This document shows, piece by piece, positions 28,264-37,394 of a stretch of DNA of 64,000 nt (the first letter of the stretch is position 1; each line of letters begins with the position of its first letter). This DNA comes from Hyphomicrobiaceae bacterium (GTDB lineage: Bacteria; Pseudomonadota; Alphaproteobacteria; Rhizobiales; Xanthobacteraceae), in contig JAJPJB010000031.1 of assembly GCA_021324465.1 (NCBI GenBank), positions 5,307-69,306 on the forward strand, given 5' to 3'. Below the pieces are notes generated by a model. The model did no database searches, was not told where the DNA came from, and worked only from the letters and a program-made list of their open reading frames with translations. Position numbers and translations under genes: made by a program.

Positions 28264-29381
28264 CTTTGGCCGGCCTGCATCCAAGCAAGTACCAATGCGC
28301 GCCGCTTCTTCACGAGCTCGCGCGCACCGGTCGTCGTCGCCTCGTCGGCATAAACCGTGCACAGCGGCTCGCCTGCCTTTACCGTACTTCCGGCAAGGGG
28401 CCGATCCGCGGTCCAATCCGGCCAGTCCAACATCGGTACCGCCCGAATATTGCGCTCAGCATAAACGATCGCGGCTGCCTTTGCGCCATTGGAATCGTGG
28501 GCGACGGCATTCAATTTGCCCGAGCAAGCGGCGACGTGTAGTCCAAACAGCGATTCCCTCGGCGGCTCAAAAAGGTCGAGCGTCGCACCAGGCCGCGGAT
28601 TGATCTCCAAGAGCCAGAAGCGTTCTCCATCGACAATAAAATCAGCACTGTTCAATCCAAAGAGCGGGATCGCGGCGGCTAGCCGCTGAATGGCAGCGAT
28701 CAGCAACTCGCTAGCATGGGGCGTGATATTCGCCGGCCGCACGGCGCCACCATAGCGGTATGGCCGGCGCGATGCGGGCAAAGACCACTGCTCACTGAGT
28801 CCGAGCACAGTCGCGCGTGCGCCGTCGGAAAGAAACAGCGCCGATATCGAGGTCCCCGGCACTTTCCTCTGATAATAGATCTCGCGCCGCGATGGATCCG
28901 CGTACCGCGCCGCTCCAATATGGGCGCCGCCAGCACCCCCCTTGCGCTTGGCAAGCCAGCCGGCGGGTGACGTCGGCTTGATCAACGACAATTCGGGGAT
29001 CGGTATTTCCAGGGTGCCACACATTTTTGCAAGGAATTCCGGACTTTTGATCCTCGTCACGGTCTCCGCATCATTGCCAAACAGCCGCCAGCGCTGGGCG
29101 ATGCGCCGCAGGATCTGCGCCCTGTCCTCAAATCCGCTGCCATACACGACGCCCAATGGCCGATGTCGCTCGCTCAGCTCGGCCAAAGCATCAAGAAGGG
29201 CTTGCTCCTCGATGCCGCGCGCAAGATTGCCGGCCAGGCGGACATGGCCATGCGCCGCATGCAAGGTATCTTGATCGCCGAAGAAGTCTGTCACCAAGGG
29301 TAGATAGCCGCCGCGGCGCGCGGATGCCGCCAGCGCTCGACCAGAAATTGCGGCAATCAGGATCGCAGTCTGGTCAACCAT
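28260..29381 (-). CDS. ATP-grasp domain protein of H4MPT/methylofuran biosynthesis clusters
   Basis: GWLAKRKGGAGGAHI...YYQRKVPGTSISALF...FWLLEINPRPGATLDLF ATP-grasp motifs. Start ATG 29381 overlaps the mtdB stop. Confidence 0.75.
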   Translation of the reverse strand: MVDQTAILIAAISGRALAASARRGGYLPLVTDFFGDQDTLHAAHGHVRLAGNLARGIEEQALLDALAELSERHRPLGVVYGSGFEDRAQILRRIAQRWRLFGNDAETVTRIKSPEFLAKMCGTLEIPIPELSLIKPTSPAGWLAKRKGGAGGAHIGAARYADPSRREIYYQRKVPGTSISALFLSDGARATVLGLSEQWSLPASRRPYRYGGAVRPANITPHASELLIAAIQRLAAAIPLFGLNSADFIVDGERFWLLEINPRPGATLDLFEPPRESLFGLHVAACSGKLNAVAHDSNGAKAAAIVYAERNIRAVPMLDWPDWTADRPLAGSTVKAGEPLCTVYADEATTTGARELVKKRRALVLAWMQAGQR

Positions 29382-30270
29382 TGAGTTCGCGGGCGAGCGC
29401 AAAAGCGTCGCGAAAATCAAATTGCACTGGCTTGGACGCCTCGATCATTTTCCGGAACAAGCCAGATTCTGTCTTGTACTTGATGTTGCCTATTGCCAAG
29501 GGTCCCAGTCCCAACGCGCCATGAGGCGCAAGCTCTTGCCCGTTTGCCTGCATGTCCAGCCCCTCGATGCCAGGTGGCGGAACTGCATTGACGTCGGCGG
29601 CGACGAGCAGCTGAGTCGCCGCCGCAATCTGCGCCTTGGACAGAATTGTGACGCCGGCACGACCAGCGCAGAATGCCGCCTCGGTCGCCGCCAAGATCGC
29701 TGCCTTCTTGTTATCGTCGCTGCCGTCCGCCGCTTGCACGCCGACATTGAAGCGGCTTTTGATTTCGCTGGCACTGTCGCTGACACGTTTGATCCCGTCA
29801 TAGCCGACCAGCGTCACCTCGCTGCCCTCGATCGCGGCGATCACGGCAGCCGCGAAGCCGACCACGCCGGTCGCTCCGAAGACTGCCACCCGAAGTCCCC
29901 TGAGGCTGCGCTGCCTTTTGTCCTTAAGAATTTTTTCGACACAGGCCACCATAGCGGCGGCGGTCGTGAACGATCCGGCGGGATCGGCGAAAAGCGAAAT
30001 ACCGAACGGGGGAATCAGAGCCTTCTTGGCCTTGGCCAACATATCCAACGCGACACTTGCATTCTTTCCACCAAAGAACATCCCGGTCCTAGCGCCGACC
30101 TTCGGAGGACGCGAGAATATCGCGTCCTGCACCAGCCCCGTCACTTCGTCGACAGTCACATTGGTGTAGGTAAGAACCGCGTCGTAGCCGGCATCGAGCG
30201 CCATGTTCACGTCAAAAGGGCTCGCATGCTTGGTCGGGGTGACCATATGAAGGATGTTCTTTTCCGCCAT
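29374..30270 (-). CDS. mtdB: NAD(P)-dependent methylene-tetrahydromethanopterin dehydrogenase
   Basis: MAEKNILHMVTPTKHASPFDVNMALDAGYD...VAVFGATGVVGFAAAVIAA. 298 aa from ATG 30270 after GGGAGAC RBS. Confidence 0.85.
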   Translation of the reverse strand: MAEKNILHMVTPTKHASPFDVNMALDAGYDAVLTYTNVTVDEVTGLVQDAIFSRPPKVGARTGMFFGGKNASVALDMLAKAKKALIPPFGISLFADPAGSFTTAAAMVACVEKILKDKRQRSLRGLRVAVFGATGVVGFAAAVIAAIEGSEVTLVGYDGIKRVSDSASEIKSRFNVGVQAADGSDDNKKAAILAATEAAFCAGRAGVTILSKAQIAAATQLLVAADVNAVPPPGIEGLDMQANGQELAPHGALGLGPLAIGNIKYKTESGLFRKMIEASKPVQFDFRDAFALARELNG

Positions 30271-30293
30271 AATCGTCTCCCGCTTACAATTGG

Positions 30294-31349
30294 CTATTCG
30301 CCGACGCACTGCGACTTGGCGACAATCTCGGCGCCGCGATTGAGGCCTCTGCAAATTCGGATGTCCAGGCTTTGGCTGCTCGGATCTTCTCGGGCGATGG
30401 TTGCAAGGCGCAGTGCATCGTCCGGCGATGGCGCAAAGGCAAAGCCGGTGGGTCCCCAGGAGCTTTGGCCGATGCCATAGGCGCCGGCGCGATCAAGCGT
30501 GTCTAAGACAGCGGCAACGGCCGGACTACTGAACCGCAATCCGCCCTGCGCCTGCGCAAAGTAGTCGCCTATAAACATCTGCAATTCCTTGATGGCAGCT
30601 CCAAAGTTCGTGATGTCATGATCGGCGAGTGCCGGCAACGCCTTCATCAGAATGAGACGGCACATGCGCGCCGCGTCGGCTTCGGGCATGCGTGGAAGTG
30701 CCGCGAATGCGCTGGTCTCTTCAGCGCCGTGCAGGCCGCGGCGCGTCGGGTCAAGAATAACAAGAACACGCCAACGATCCGGGAATGGCAATCGGCTGAT
30801 AATCGGCGCCGGCCTTGGCTCATCGCCGCGACCGCCATCGACGAGCAAACCGCCATGATGAAACAGACCGATACCGATACCCGAACGCGCGCCCCGCCCC
30901 AATCTCAGTGCATCGCCTTCAACGTCGAGAGGTCGGCCGTGCAGGCGGCGTATCGCGCCTGCCACAGCGAGCGCAAGCTGGGTTCCGGAGCCAAGGCCGG
31001 AATGTGCAGGAACGATTTCGGCGATCTTTACACTGTGGCCGCTATCGAGTGCCAGCAATGCGACAGTGGCATCGAGCACGCGTCGTACGCGATCGCTTTC
31101 CGGTCCCGCCACTTCGGTAGTCTTGGTTTTTCGAATTGTCAGCCTGGTCTTTAGCTCGCTGAGCGCGAGGCCTACGCTACCGAAACGGCGGCCGAGGCCG
31201 CCATTCAGATCAAAAAAGCCGAGATGCAACCGCGCCGGGGCGGTAACCGTAACCCGTACCGCCTGCGAGACGCTGTCGTGCAAGCGCGAGTTCCCCAAGT
31301 TGCCACGCGTGGGTTTTTTGAACAACGATACGGGTCTACACTGCTGCAT
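30294..31349 (-). CDS. mptG: Beta-ribofuranosylaminobenzene 5-phosphate synthase (GHMP-kinase fold)
   Basis: VRVTVTAPARLHLGFFDLNGGLGRRFGSVGLAL...PAHSGLGSGTQLALA. Start uncertain (ATG 31349 or in-frame TTG near 31289). The 568-aa track ORF extension is rejected. Confidence 0.8.
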   Translation of the reverse strand: MQQCRPVSLFKKPTRGNLGNSRLHDSVSQAVRVTVTAPARLHLGFFDLNGGLGRRFGSVGLALSELKTRLTIRKTKTTEVAGPESDRVRRVLDATVALLALDSGHSVKIAEIVPAHSGLGSGTQLALAVAGAIRRLHGRPLDVEGDALRLGRGARSGIGIGLFHHGGLLVDGGRGDEPRPAPIISRLPFPDRWRVLVILDPTRRGLHGAEETSAFAALPRMPEADAARMCRLILMKALPALADHDITNFGAAIKELQMFIGDYFAQAQGGLRFSSPAVAAVLDTLDRAGAYGIGQSSWGPTGFAFAPSPDDALRLATIAREDPSSQSLDIRICRGLNRGAEIVAKSQCVGE

Positions 31350-31400
31350 CTCGCCCCCGATGGCAATCGGGGCGCAGCCAATTACACTCTGGGGACGTCC

Positions 31401-31784
31401 ATGACCGAAGTCAAAACAGAGCGAACCTATTCGGACGAAGAGATCAGACAGCGGCTGCAGCGTGAGCTGCCGCACTGGTATCTCGAAAATGGCTGGATTC
31501 GCCGCAAGTACCGCACCAACAGCTGGAAGGGTACCTTGATGGTGATCAATACCGTCGGGCATCTGGCGGAGGCGGCGTGGCATCATCCCGACATCACGGC
31601 CTCCTATGCCTGGGTCGAGGTGCGGCTGCAAAACCATGCCGCCAAGGGCATCACCGACAAGGATTTCCAACTGGCAAAGAAGATCGAGGACGTTGTGCAG
31701 TGGCAGCCCGCGAAAGAAGGGGGCGCACTTGAGGGCACGCCTGAGAAGGATCAGCGTTTTGCTTACATCAAGTACGACACCTGA
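31401..31784 (+). CDS. Pterin-4a-carbinolamine dehydratase (PCD/DCoH) family protein with C-terminal extension
   Basis: MTEVKTERTYSDEEIRQRLQRELPHWYLENGWIRRKY...LAEAAWHHPDITASYAWVEVRLQNHAAKGITDKDFQLAKKIE. The HHPD motif is typical. Confidence 0.8.
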   Translation: MTEVKTERTYSDEEIRQRLQRELPHWYLENGWIRRKYRTNSWKGTLMVINTVGHLAEAAWHHPDITASYAWVEVRLQNHAAKGITDKDFQLAKKIEDVVQWQPAKEGGALEGTPEKDQRFAYIKYDT

Positions 31785-31826
31785 ACACCGGATCGTCATT
31801 TGTCGGCTGTGATGGGGGGACCGTGC

Positions 31827-32936
31827 ATGGAGCAGGCGTGGATTGCCGGTAAGCCGGCAACGCTCGACAGCGCTGTTGCCGCGGCGGCAAAACTCCTCGC
31901 CGCAAGCCGCCAGCCTCTCATCGCTGGTCTCGGAACAGACGTCGCAGGCGCACGTGCAGCGATCGCCCTGGCGGAGCGAACCGGCGCAATTATCGACCAC
32001 ATGAATTCAGACGCGGTGCTGCGTGGTCTTGACGTCATGCGTTCGTCCGGCGTCATGTTGACGACGCCAAGCGAAGCCTATGCCCGAGCTGACACGCTTT
32101 TGCTGGCCGGAGAAATCTTCGGCGCCGGCGAGATCGGGTCGACAAAACGCCTATTCGATCAGTTGGCACGCCGCCAAGGCCAGCACGGGACCGCGCGCCG
32201 CGTTTATTGGCTTTGTCCCGGCGGCGAGTTGGCAAAACGCGCGCCAAATGAAATCAGCCTAACATTCGTCGGCAAGCAGCCAAGGGCCTTACCAGCGGTG
32301 CTCGCAGCGCTGCGCGCGCGCGTTGCCGGCCGGCCCACGACCGGCGCCGCCGCTTCGCAAAAAATTCTCGATGAAGCTGCAACCGGTTTGCAAGCGGCGC
32401 AATTCGGTGTCGCAATCTGGAGTCCGCAAGCGCTTGATGCGCTTACCATTGAAATGTTGTGCGGCCTGATCAGCGATCTGAACGCAACGACACGCTTTTG
32501 CGCGCTGCCGCTCACTCCTGGCGACAACGCGATCGGCGTCCTGCAAACCTGCGGCTGGATGACGGGGATGCCCATGCGAACTGGCCTCGGCAGAGGCTTC
32601 GCGGAGCACGATCCGTGGCTGTTTGACAGCACGCGACTGGTCGAGAGCGGCGAAACGGATTGCGTTGTTTGGATATCGGCCTATCGCGCGCAAGCGCCGC
32701 GGTGGCGCGGTCTGCCGCCAACCATTGCACTGACCGGTCGCGATGCAGGCTTTCGCTCGCGGCCGCGTGTTCACATCGCGGTAGGCCGCCCCGGAGTGGA
32801 CCACATTGCCGTAGAGCATGTGTCGCTGACGGGAACGCTGGCAACGGTGGAAGCGACGCAGCCGAGCGGCGCGATTTCGACTGCCGAAGCGATCAGGCGC
32901 ATTTGCGCTGCGTTGCCCGGAGAGCCTCCGTGTTGA
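31827..32936 (+). CDS. fhcB: Formyltransferase/hydrolase complex subunit B (FwdB/FmdB homolog)
   Basis: MEQAWIAGKPATLDSAVAAAAKLLAASRQPLIAGLGTDVAGARAAIALAERTGAIIDH. ATG 31827 lies 6 nt after GGGGGGA. Confidence 0.85.
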   Translation: MEQAWIAGKPATLDSAVAAAAKLLAASRQPLIAGLGTDVAGARAAIALAERTGAIIDHMNSDAVLRGLDVMRSSGVMLTTPSEAYARADTLLLAGEIFGAGEIGSTKRLFDQLARRQGQHGTARRVYWLCPGGELAKRAPNEISLTFVGKQPRALPAVLAALRARVAGRPTTGAAASQKILDEAATGLQAAQFGVAIWSPQALDALTIEMLCGLISDLNATTRFCALPLTPGDNAIGVLQTCGWMTGMPMRTGLGRGFAEHDPWLFDSTRLVESGETDCVVWISAYRAQAPRWRGLPPTIALTGRDAGFRSRPRVHIAVGRPGVDHIAVEHVSLTGTLATVEATQPSGAISTAEAIRRICAALPGEPPC

Positions 32937-34564
32937 CGCGCATTGCGAACGGCCGGGTCATCGATCCGGCCAACAATCGTGACGCCGTTGGCGATCTCTG
33001 GATACGCGACGGCAGGATCATCGAGGTGCCGCCGGGTGATCGTCCCGACGCGACCTACGATGCGACCGGAAAGATCGTCATGGCCGGCGCCATAGACATT
33101 CACTCCCACATAGCGGGCTGGAACGTGAATACGGCGCGGCTTCTGCTGCCGGAATATCATCGTGCCGCTGCACCGCGCCCGATCGCGACGCCCTTGTCAA
33201 AGGCCGGATGGTCGACTTTCGAGACGGGATGCCGATACGCGGAGATGGGTTTCACGACGGTGGTCGAGCCGGCGGTTTCGCCGCACTACGCGCTGCATGC
33301 CCATCTTGAGCTTGCCGATGTCCCGATCATCGACAAGGCAATATTGGTAATACTCGGCAATGATGATTATCTGCTTAGGCTTTTGCAGGCCAACGAGAGC
33401 GATGCGGCAATTAGCGATTACGTCGCGTGGACGCTCGAAATGTCGCGCTCGCTCGGCGTCAAGGTCGTCAATGCCGGCGGCGCGGCCGCCTTCAAGGAGA
33501 ATGTGCGCGCGTTTTCGTTCGACGATGTCGTTCCCTCTTATGGCGTATCGTCGCGGCGGATCGTCAAAGCATTGCAGCATGCCGTGACCGCGCTTGGCGT
33601 TCCGCATCCCCTTCATGTTCACTGCAACAATCTTGGACTGGCCGGAAATTTCGAGACAGCGCTGACCACGATAGCCGCCGCGGAGGACCTCCCCCTTCAC
33701 CTCGCGCATTTGCAGTTCTACGGTTATGGTAAGGAAGGCGATCGCGGATTCTCTTCGGCGGCTGCGCCGCTCGCCGCAGCCGTAAACGCAGCCAACACCG
33801 TGACCGCCGACGTCGGTCAGGTCATGTTCGGCCAGACCGTTACCATTTCATCCGATGTCCTGCGTCAATTCAATGCACGCAAACAGGCCAGCCCGCGAAA
33901 GTGGGTGATTCTCGACAGTGATGCCAACGGCGCTGGTATCGTTCCATATGATTACCGGCGCAACAATTTCTACAACGCCGTGCAGTGGGCGGTCGGGCTC
34001 GAATTGTTTTTGTTGATCGAGGATCCCCGGCGCGTTTTCTTCACAACCGATCACCCGAACGGAGCGCCGTTTACGGCATACCCGGAAATTTTCGCATTGC
34101 TAATGAGCCGCGAACGACGCGCACAGTGGCTGGCCGAACTGCCGCCCGAGGCGCTGGCGGTCACCACGCTGCCAGCCATCACGCGCGAATATTCCCTGGG
34201 TGAGATCGCGACGATGACGCGTGCCGCGCCGGGGCGTCTCCTTGGGTTGCGCGACCGCGGACATCTCGGAGCGGGCGCCGTCGCCGACGTCGCGGTCTAC
34301 GAGGATGATGCCGATCGCGCCAAAATGTTCCGTGCTGCTGCGCTGGTCTTCAAAGACGGCGAGCTGGTCGTGCGTGACGGTCGCGTCACGCAACATCGCT
34401 GGGGTCGCGCTCTGACAGTACGACCGGAACGTGATGCCGCTATCGATCGTCGCATGAAAGCCTATTATGAGGATCGCTACGGGCTATCCGATGACTTCGT
34501 CAAAGTCCCAGAGCACGTGCTCGGGCGCCCGGACCCGTTCGAGCGCGTGCCATGCGTGTCCTGA
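32930..34564 (+). CDS. fhcA: Formyltransferase/hydrolase complex subunit A (FwdA-like amidohydrolase)
   Basis: GTG 32930 overlaps the fhcB stop. LTRIANGRVIDPANNRDAVGDLWIRDGRIIEV...GAIDIHSHI...FFTTDHPNG. Confidence 0.9.
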   Translation: MLTRIANGRVIDPANNRDAVGDLWIRDGRIIEVPPGDRPDATYDATGKIVMAGAIDIHSHIAGWNVNTARLLLPEYHRAAAPRPIATPLSKAGWSTFETGCRYAEMGFTTVVEPAVSPHYALHAHLELADVPIIDKAILVILGNDDYLLRLLQANESDAAISDYVAWTLEMSRSLGVKVVNAGGAAAFKENVRAFSFDDVVPSYGVSSRRIVKALQHAVTALGVPHPLHVHCNNLGLAGNFETALTTIAAAEDLPLHLAHLQFYGYGKEGDRGFSSAAAPLAAAVNAANTVTADVGQVMFGQTVTISSDVLRQFNARKQASPRKWVILDSDANGAGIVPYDYRRNNFYNAVQWAVGLELFLLIEDPRRVFFTTDHPNGAPFTAYPEIFALLMSRERRAQWLAELPPEALAVTTLPAITREYSLGEIATMTRAAPGRLLGLRDRGHLGAGAVADVAVYEDDADRAKMFRAAALVFKDGELVVRDGRVTQHRWGRALTVRPERDAAIDRRMKAYYEDRYGLSDDFVKVPEHVLGRPDPFERVPCVS

Positions 34565-35460
34565 CCGTCAACGACGTACGGATTGACGACACGTTCGCCG
34601 AGGCCTTCGACATGCGCGCAACCGCCGTGGTTGTTACCGCTGACAGCGCGCGGTGGGCGCGTCAGGCAGCGCTGAGCATGACCGGCTTTGCCACATCGGT
34701 AATCGGATGCGGCTGCGAAGCCGGCATTGATCGCGAACTCACTGCCAAGCAAACGCCGGACGGGCGGCCCGGCATGCGCGTTCTGTTGTTTGCGGTATCG
34801 ACGACGGAACTGCAGAAGCAACTGCTGTCGCGCGTGGCGCAATGCGTGCTCACCAGCGTGGGCTCGGCCTGCTACGCCGGGCTTGACGGCGAGGAAACAC
34901 TCAAGCTCGGCAATGGCCTGCGCTATTTCGGCGACGGCTGGCAGATTTCCAAGCGCTTCGGCAAGAAGCATTTCTGGCGGATCCCGGTCATGGATGGAGA
35001 ATTTGTCTGCGAGGCCACGACCGGCCTTCGGAAAAAGGCCGTCGGCGGGGGCAATCTTCTCGTGATCGGCCGCACCGCGAAGGCGGCGCTTGCGGCCGCC
35101 GAGGCCGCCGCGGCAGCAATCGCCAAGGTGCCCGACGTGATCGCGCCGTTTCCAGGAGGGATCGTCCGCTCCGGGTCCAAGGTCGGGTCGAAATACAAGG
35201 GCGTGCAGGCGTCGACCAATGATGCCTATTGCCCGACCTTGCGCGGCGCGGTGAACAGCGCGCTCGATGGAGAGGCGGGCTCGGTTCTCGAGATCGTCAT
35301 CGACGGACTCACCTCGGAGGCGGTGGCTGCGGCGATGCGGGCGGGCATCGCCGCAATCGTCAAGCTTGGTCCCAAGCGCGGCGCGACGCGGATCAGCGCC
35401 GGCAATTACGGCGGCAAGCTCGGCCCGCATCACTATCATTTGCGACATCTGGCGCGATGA
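34552..35460 (+). CDS. fhcD: Formylmethanofuran:H4MPT formyltransferase subunit (Ftr homolog)
   Basis: MRVLTVNDVRIDDTFAEAFDMRATAVVVTADSARWARQAALSMTGFATSVIGCGCEAGIDREL. Confidence 0.9.
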   Translation: MRVLTVNDVRIDDTFAEAFDMRATAVVVTADSARWARQAALSMTGFATSVIGCGCEAGIDRELTAKQTPDGRPGMRVLLFAVSTTELQKQLLSRVAQCVLTSVGSACYAGLDGEETLKLGNGLRYFGDGWQISKRFGKKHFWRIPVMDGEFVCEATTGLRKKAVGGGNLLVIGRTAKAALAAAEAAAAAIAKVPDVIAPFPGGIVRSGSKVGSKYKGVQASTNDAYCPTLRGAVNSALDGEAGSVLEIVIDGLTSEAVAAAMRAGIAAIVKLGPKRGATRISAGNYGGKLGPHHYHLRHLAR

Positions 35461-36272
35461 AGCCGCTTGTCCTCACCTTACGCCAGCGGCCGAAACAGCG
35501 GCTCGATTTGTCGCCGCTGGTGCCGCATCTGCTCGCCGGCAAAACCGCCTCGCAAATCGAGCGCATCGCGCTGCAGACGACGCGCCAGTCTGTCGACGTG
35601 GCCGAGATATTTCGCGTGCGCATGGGCGACGTCGAAAGAATCCTTATCGAGGGCGCCTGTGAGAGATTTGACCACGTCGGCCAGTCCATGACCGGCGGCG
35701 AGATACGCGTCGACGGCGATGTCGGCACCCAAGCAGGCCGCCTGATGGCAGGCGGGCGGCTCGTGATCCGGGGCAACGCCGGTCCGTGGGCTGCGTCCGG
35801 CATGAGGGGCGGCGAATTCCAAATCCTCGGCGGCGCGGGCGACCATCTTGGCGCCCCATTGGCAGGCGAGATGACGGGCATGCGAGGTGGTGTGGTCGTG
35901 GTGCGCGGTCCCGCGGGCGAGCGCGCCGGTGATCGCATGCGGCGGGGCACGATGATCATCGAAGGTAAATCCGGCGCCTATACGGGAAGCCGGATGATTG
36001 CCGGCACGCTACTGGTATTGGATCAGGCCGGCCCCCTCCCCGGCTTTCTGATGAAGCGTGGCACCATTGTCCTGGCCGAAGGCTCCGGCGAGCTGTCACC
36101 GACCTTCCTGGACTGTGGACAGCACCAGCTTCTCGCCATGAAATTGTGGTCGGAATTTATCCGTCCTTATAGCAAGCGTGCAGCCTCGCTTCTAAAGCGA
36201 TCACTGCGACGCCTGGCCGGCGATATGGCCGTTCTCGGAAAGGGCGAGATATTCATTGGCAAACGGAACTAA
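35457..36272 (+). CDS. fhcC: Formyltransferase/hydrolase complex subunit C (FwdC homolog, beta-helix)
   Basis: ATGA overlap with fhcD. MKPLVLTLRQRPKQRLDLSPL... and repeated G-x-x-G-M-x-GG units (MTGGEIRVDGDVG, MRGGEFQILGGAG, MRGGVVVVRGPAG). Confidence 0.9.
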   Translation: MKPLVLTLRQRPKQRLDLSPLVPHLLAGKTASQIERIALQTTRQSVDVAEIFRVRMGDVERILIEGACERFDHVGQSMTGGEIRVDGDVGTQAGRLMAGGRLVIRGNAGPWAASGMRGGEFQILGGAGDHLGAPLAGEMTGMRGGVVVVRGPAGERAGDRMRRGTMIIEGKSGAYTGSRMIAGTLLVLDQAGPLPGFLMKRGTIVLAEGSGELSPTFLDCGQHQLLAMKLWSEFIRPYSKRAASLLKRSLRRLAGDMAVLGKGEIFIGKRN

Positions 36273-36341
36273 GCGCCGTCAGACCTGGTTTGCATGAAAA
36301 TTGCATGCAGGCACCTTAATTTGTTCGCCACGGAGCCACCG

Positions 36342-36578
36342 ATGGACCTGATAGCAATCGTTTTCACTGTATGCGCGCTGGCGCAGCCAAATGACTGCCA
36401 GCAGGAGCGCCTCGACTATCTATCGGGAGGCTCGCTGCGCGAGTGCCTGGTTTCGGCGCAGCCCTATATCGCGCAATGGATTGGCGAGCATCCGAAGTGG
36501 AGCGTCAAGAACTACCATTGCGAATATCCGCACAGGGAAGAGAAGACCGATGCGCGCGGATCAGCGCGCCCGGCGTGA
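36342..36578 (+). CDS. Small hypothetical protein (78 aa from ATG 36342; 94 aa from track start), hydrophobic N-terminus, four Cys
   Basis: MDLIAIVFTVCALAQPNDCQQERLDYLSGGSLRECLVSAQPYIAQWIGEHPKWSVKNYHCEYPHREEK. GGAG 6 nt upstream. The 3-prime end overlaps the folP-like start by 29 nt. No family recognised. Confidence 0.4.
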   Translation: MDLIAIVFTVCALAQPNDCQQERLDYLSGGSLRECLVSAQPYIAQWIGEHPKWSVKNYHCEYPHREEKTDARGSARPA

Positions 36579-37386
36579 CGCATTTCTCGGCAAGATCGGG
36601 ACGCGCCCGGTCGTCATGGGAATACTGAATCTGACGCCGGACTCGTTTTGGGATGGCGGCCGGTTCGTTACGGCGGAAGCGGCATTGTCGCATGCAAAAC
36701 AGATGGCGGCAGAAGGCTGCGACATCATCGATGTCGGCGGCGAGTCGACGCGTCCGGGGGCGGTGCCGATATCAGAAGCTGAAGAGCTCGCTCGCGTCGA
36801 ATCCGTTTTGAGCGAACTCGCCGGTTCGCTCGACGTCCCGCTCTCCATTGACACCTACAAAGCGAATGTTGCCGCACGGGCGATTGAGCGCGGCGCCGTC
36901 GTGGTCAATGACGTTTGGGGCCTGCAGCGGGATCCGGCGATGGCCCAAGTCGTGGCCGCCGGCGAAGCGGCCGTCGTGGTGATGCACAATCGCGCTGACA
37001 AGGATCCCGCCGTCGACATCATCGCCGATATTAGACGCTTCTTTGCCCGCTCGCTGATGCTCGCAAAGAACGCGGGAATTCCGCGGTCGCACATCATCCT
37101 CGATCCTGGCGTAGCATTCGGAAAGACAGCGCGCCAGAATGCCGAGGTCATTGCCCGCCTGGCCGAGCTATTGGACTTCGGTTGCCCAATTCTGGTCGGC
37201 GCCTCGCGCAAGGCGTTTCTTGGGTCGCTCACCGGCAACAAGGTCGAGGCGCAGCTGATCGGCACGATCGCAGCCAGCCTTGCCGCGTATGCCGCCGGTG
37301 CTTCGCTGTTCCGCGTTCACGATGTCGCTGAACATGTCGCTGCGCTGCAAGTCTTTAACACCATCCGCTCTGCGCCGGGGCAATGA
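36550..37386 (+). CDS. folP: Dihydropteroate synthase family protein (pterin-binding, H4MPT-cluster copy)
   Basis: VVMGILNLTPDSFWDGGRF...GCDIIDVGGESTRPGA...SIDTYKA...VVNDVWG...GASRKAF...RVHDV are canonical DHPS motifs. Confidence 0.85.
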   Translation: MRADQRARRDAFLGKIGTRPVVMGILNLTPDSFWDGGRFVTAEAALSHAKQMAAEGCDIIDVGGESTRPGAVPISEAEELARVESVLSELAGSLDVPLSIDTYKANVAARAIERGAVVVNDVWGLQRDPAMAQVVAAGEAAVVVMHNRADKDPAVDIIADIRRFFARSLMLAKNAGIPRSHIILDPGVAFGKTARQNAEVIARLAELLDFGCPILVGASRKAFLGSLTGNKVEAQLIGTIAASLAAYAAGASLFRVHDVAEHVAALQVFNTIRSAPGQ

Positions 37387-37394
37387 CCGCCTTT

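Noticed and set aside
31350-32000. N-terminal 217-aa extension of the 568-aa ORF containing mptG
   Set aside because: The extension has no family resemblance and is Cys/Arg-rich. It overlaps on the opposite strand both the well-supported PCD-like gene (31401-31784) and the fhcB start. MptG homology begins only at ...VRVTVTAPARLHLGF.
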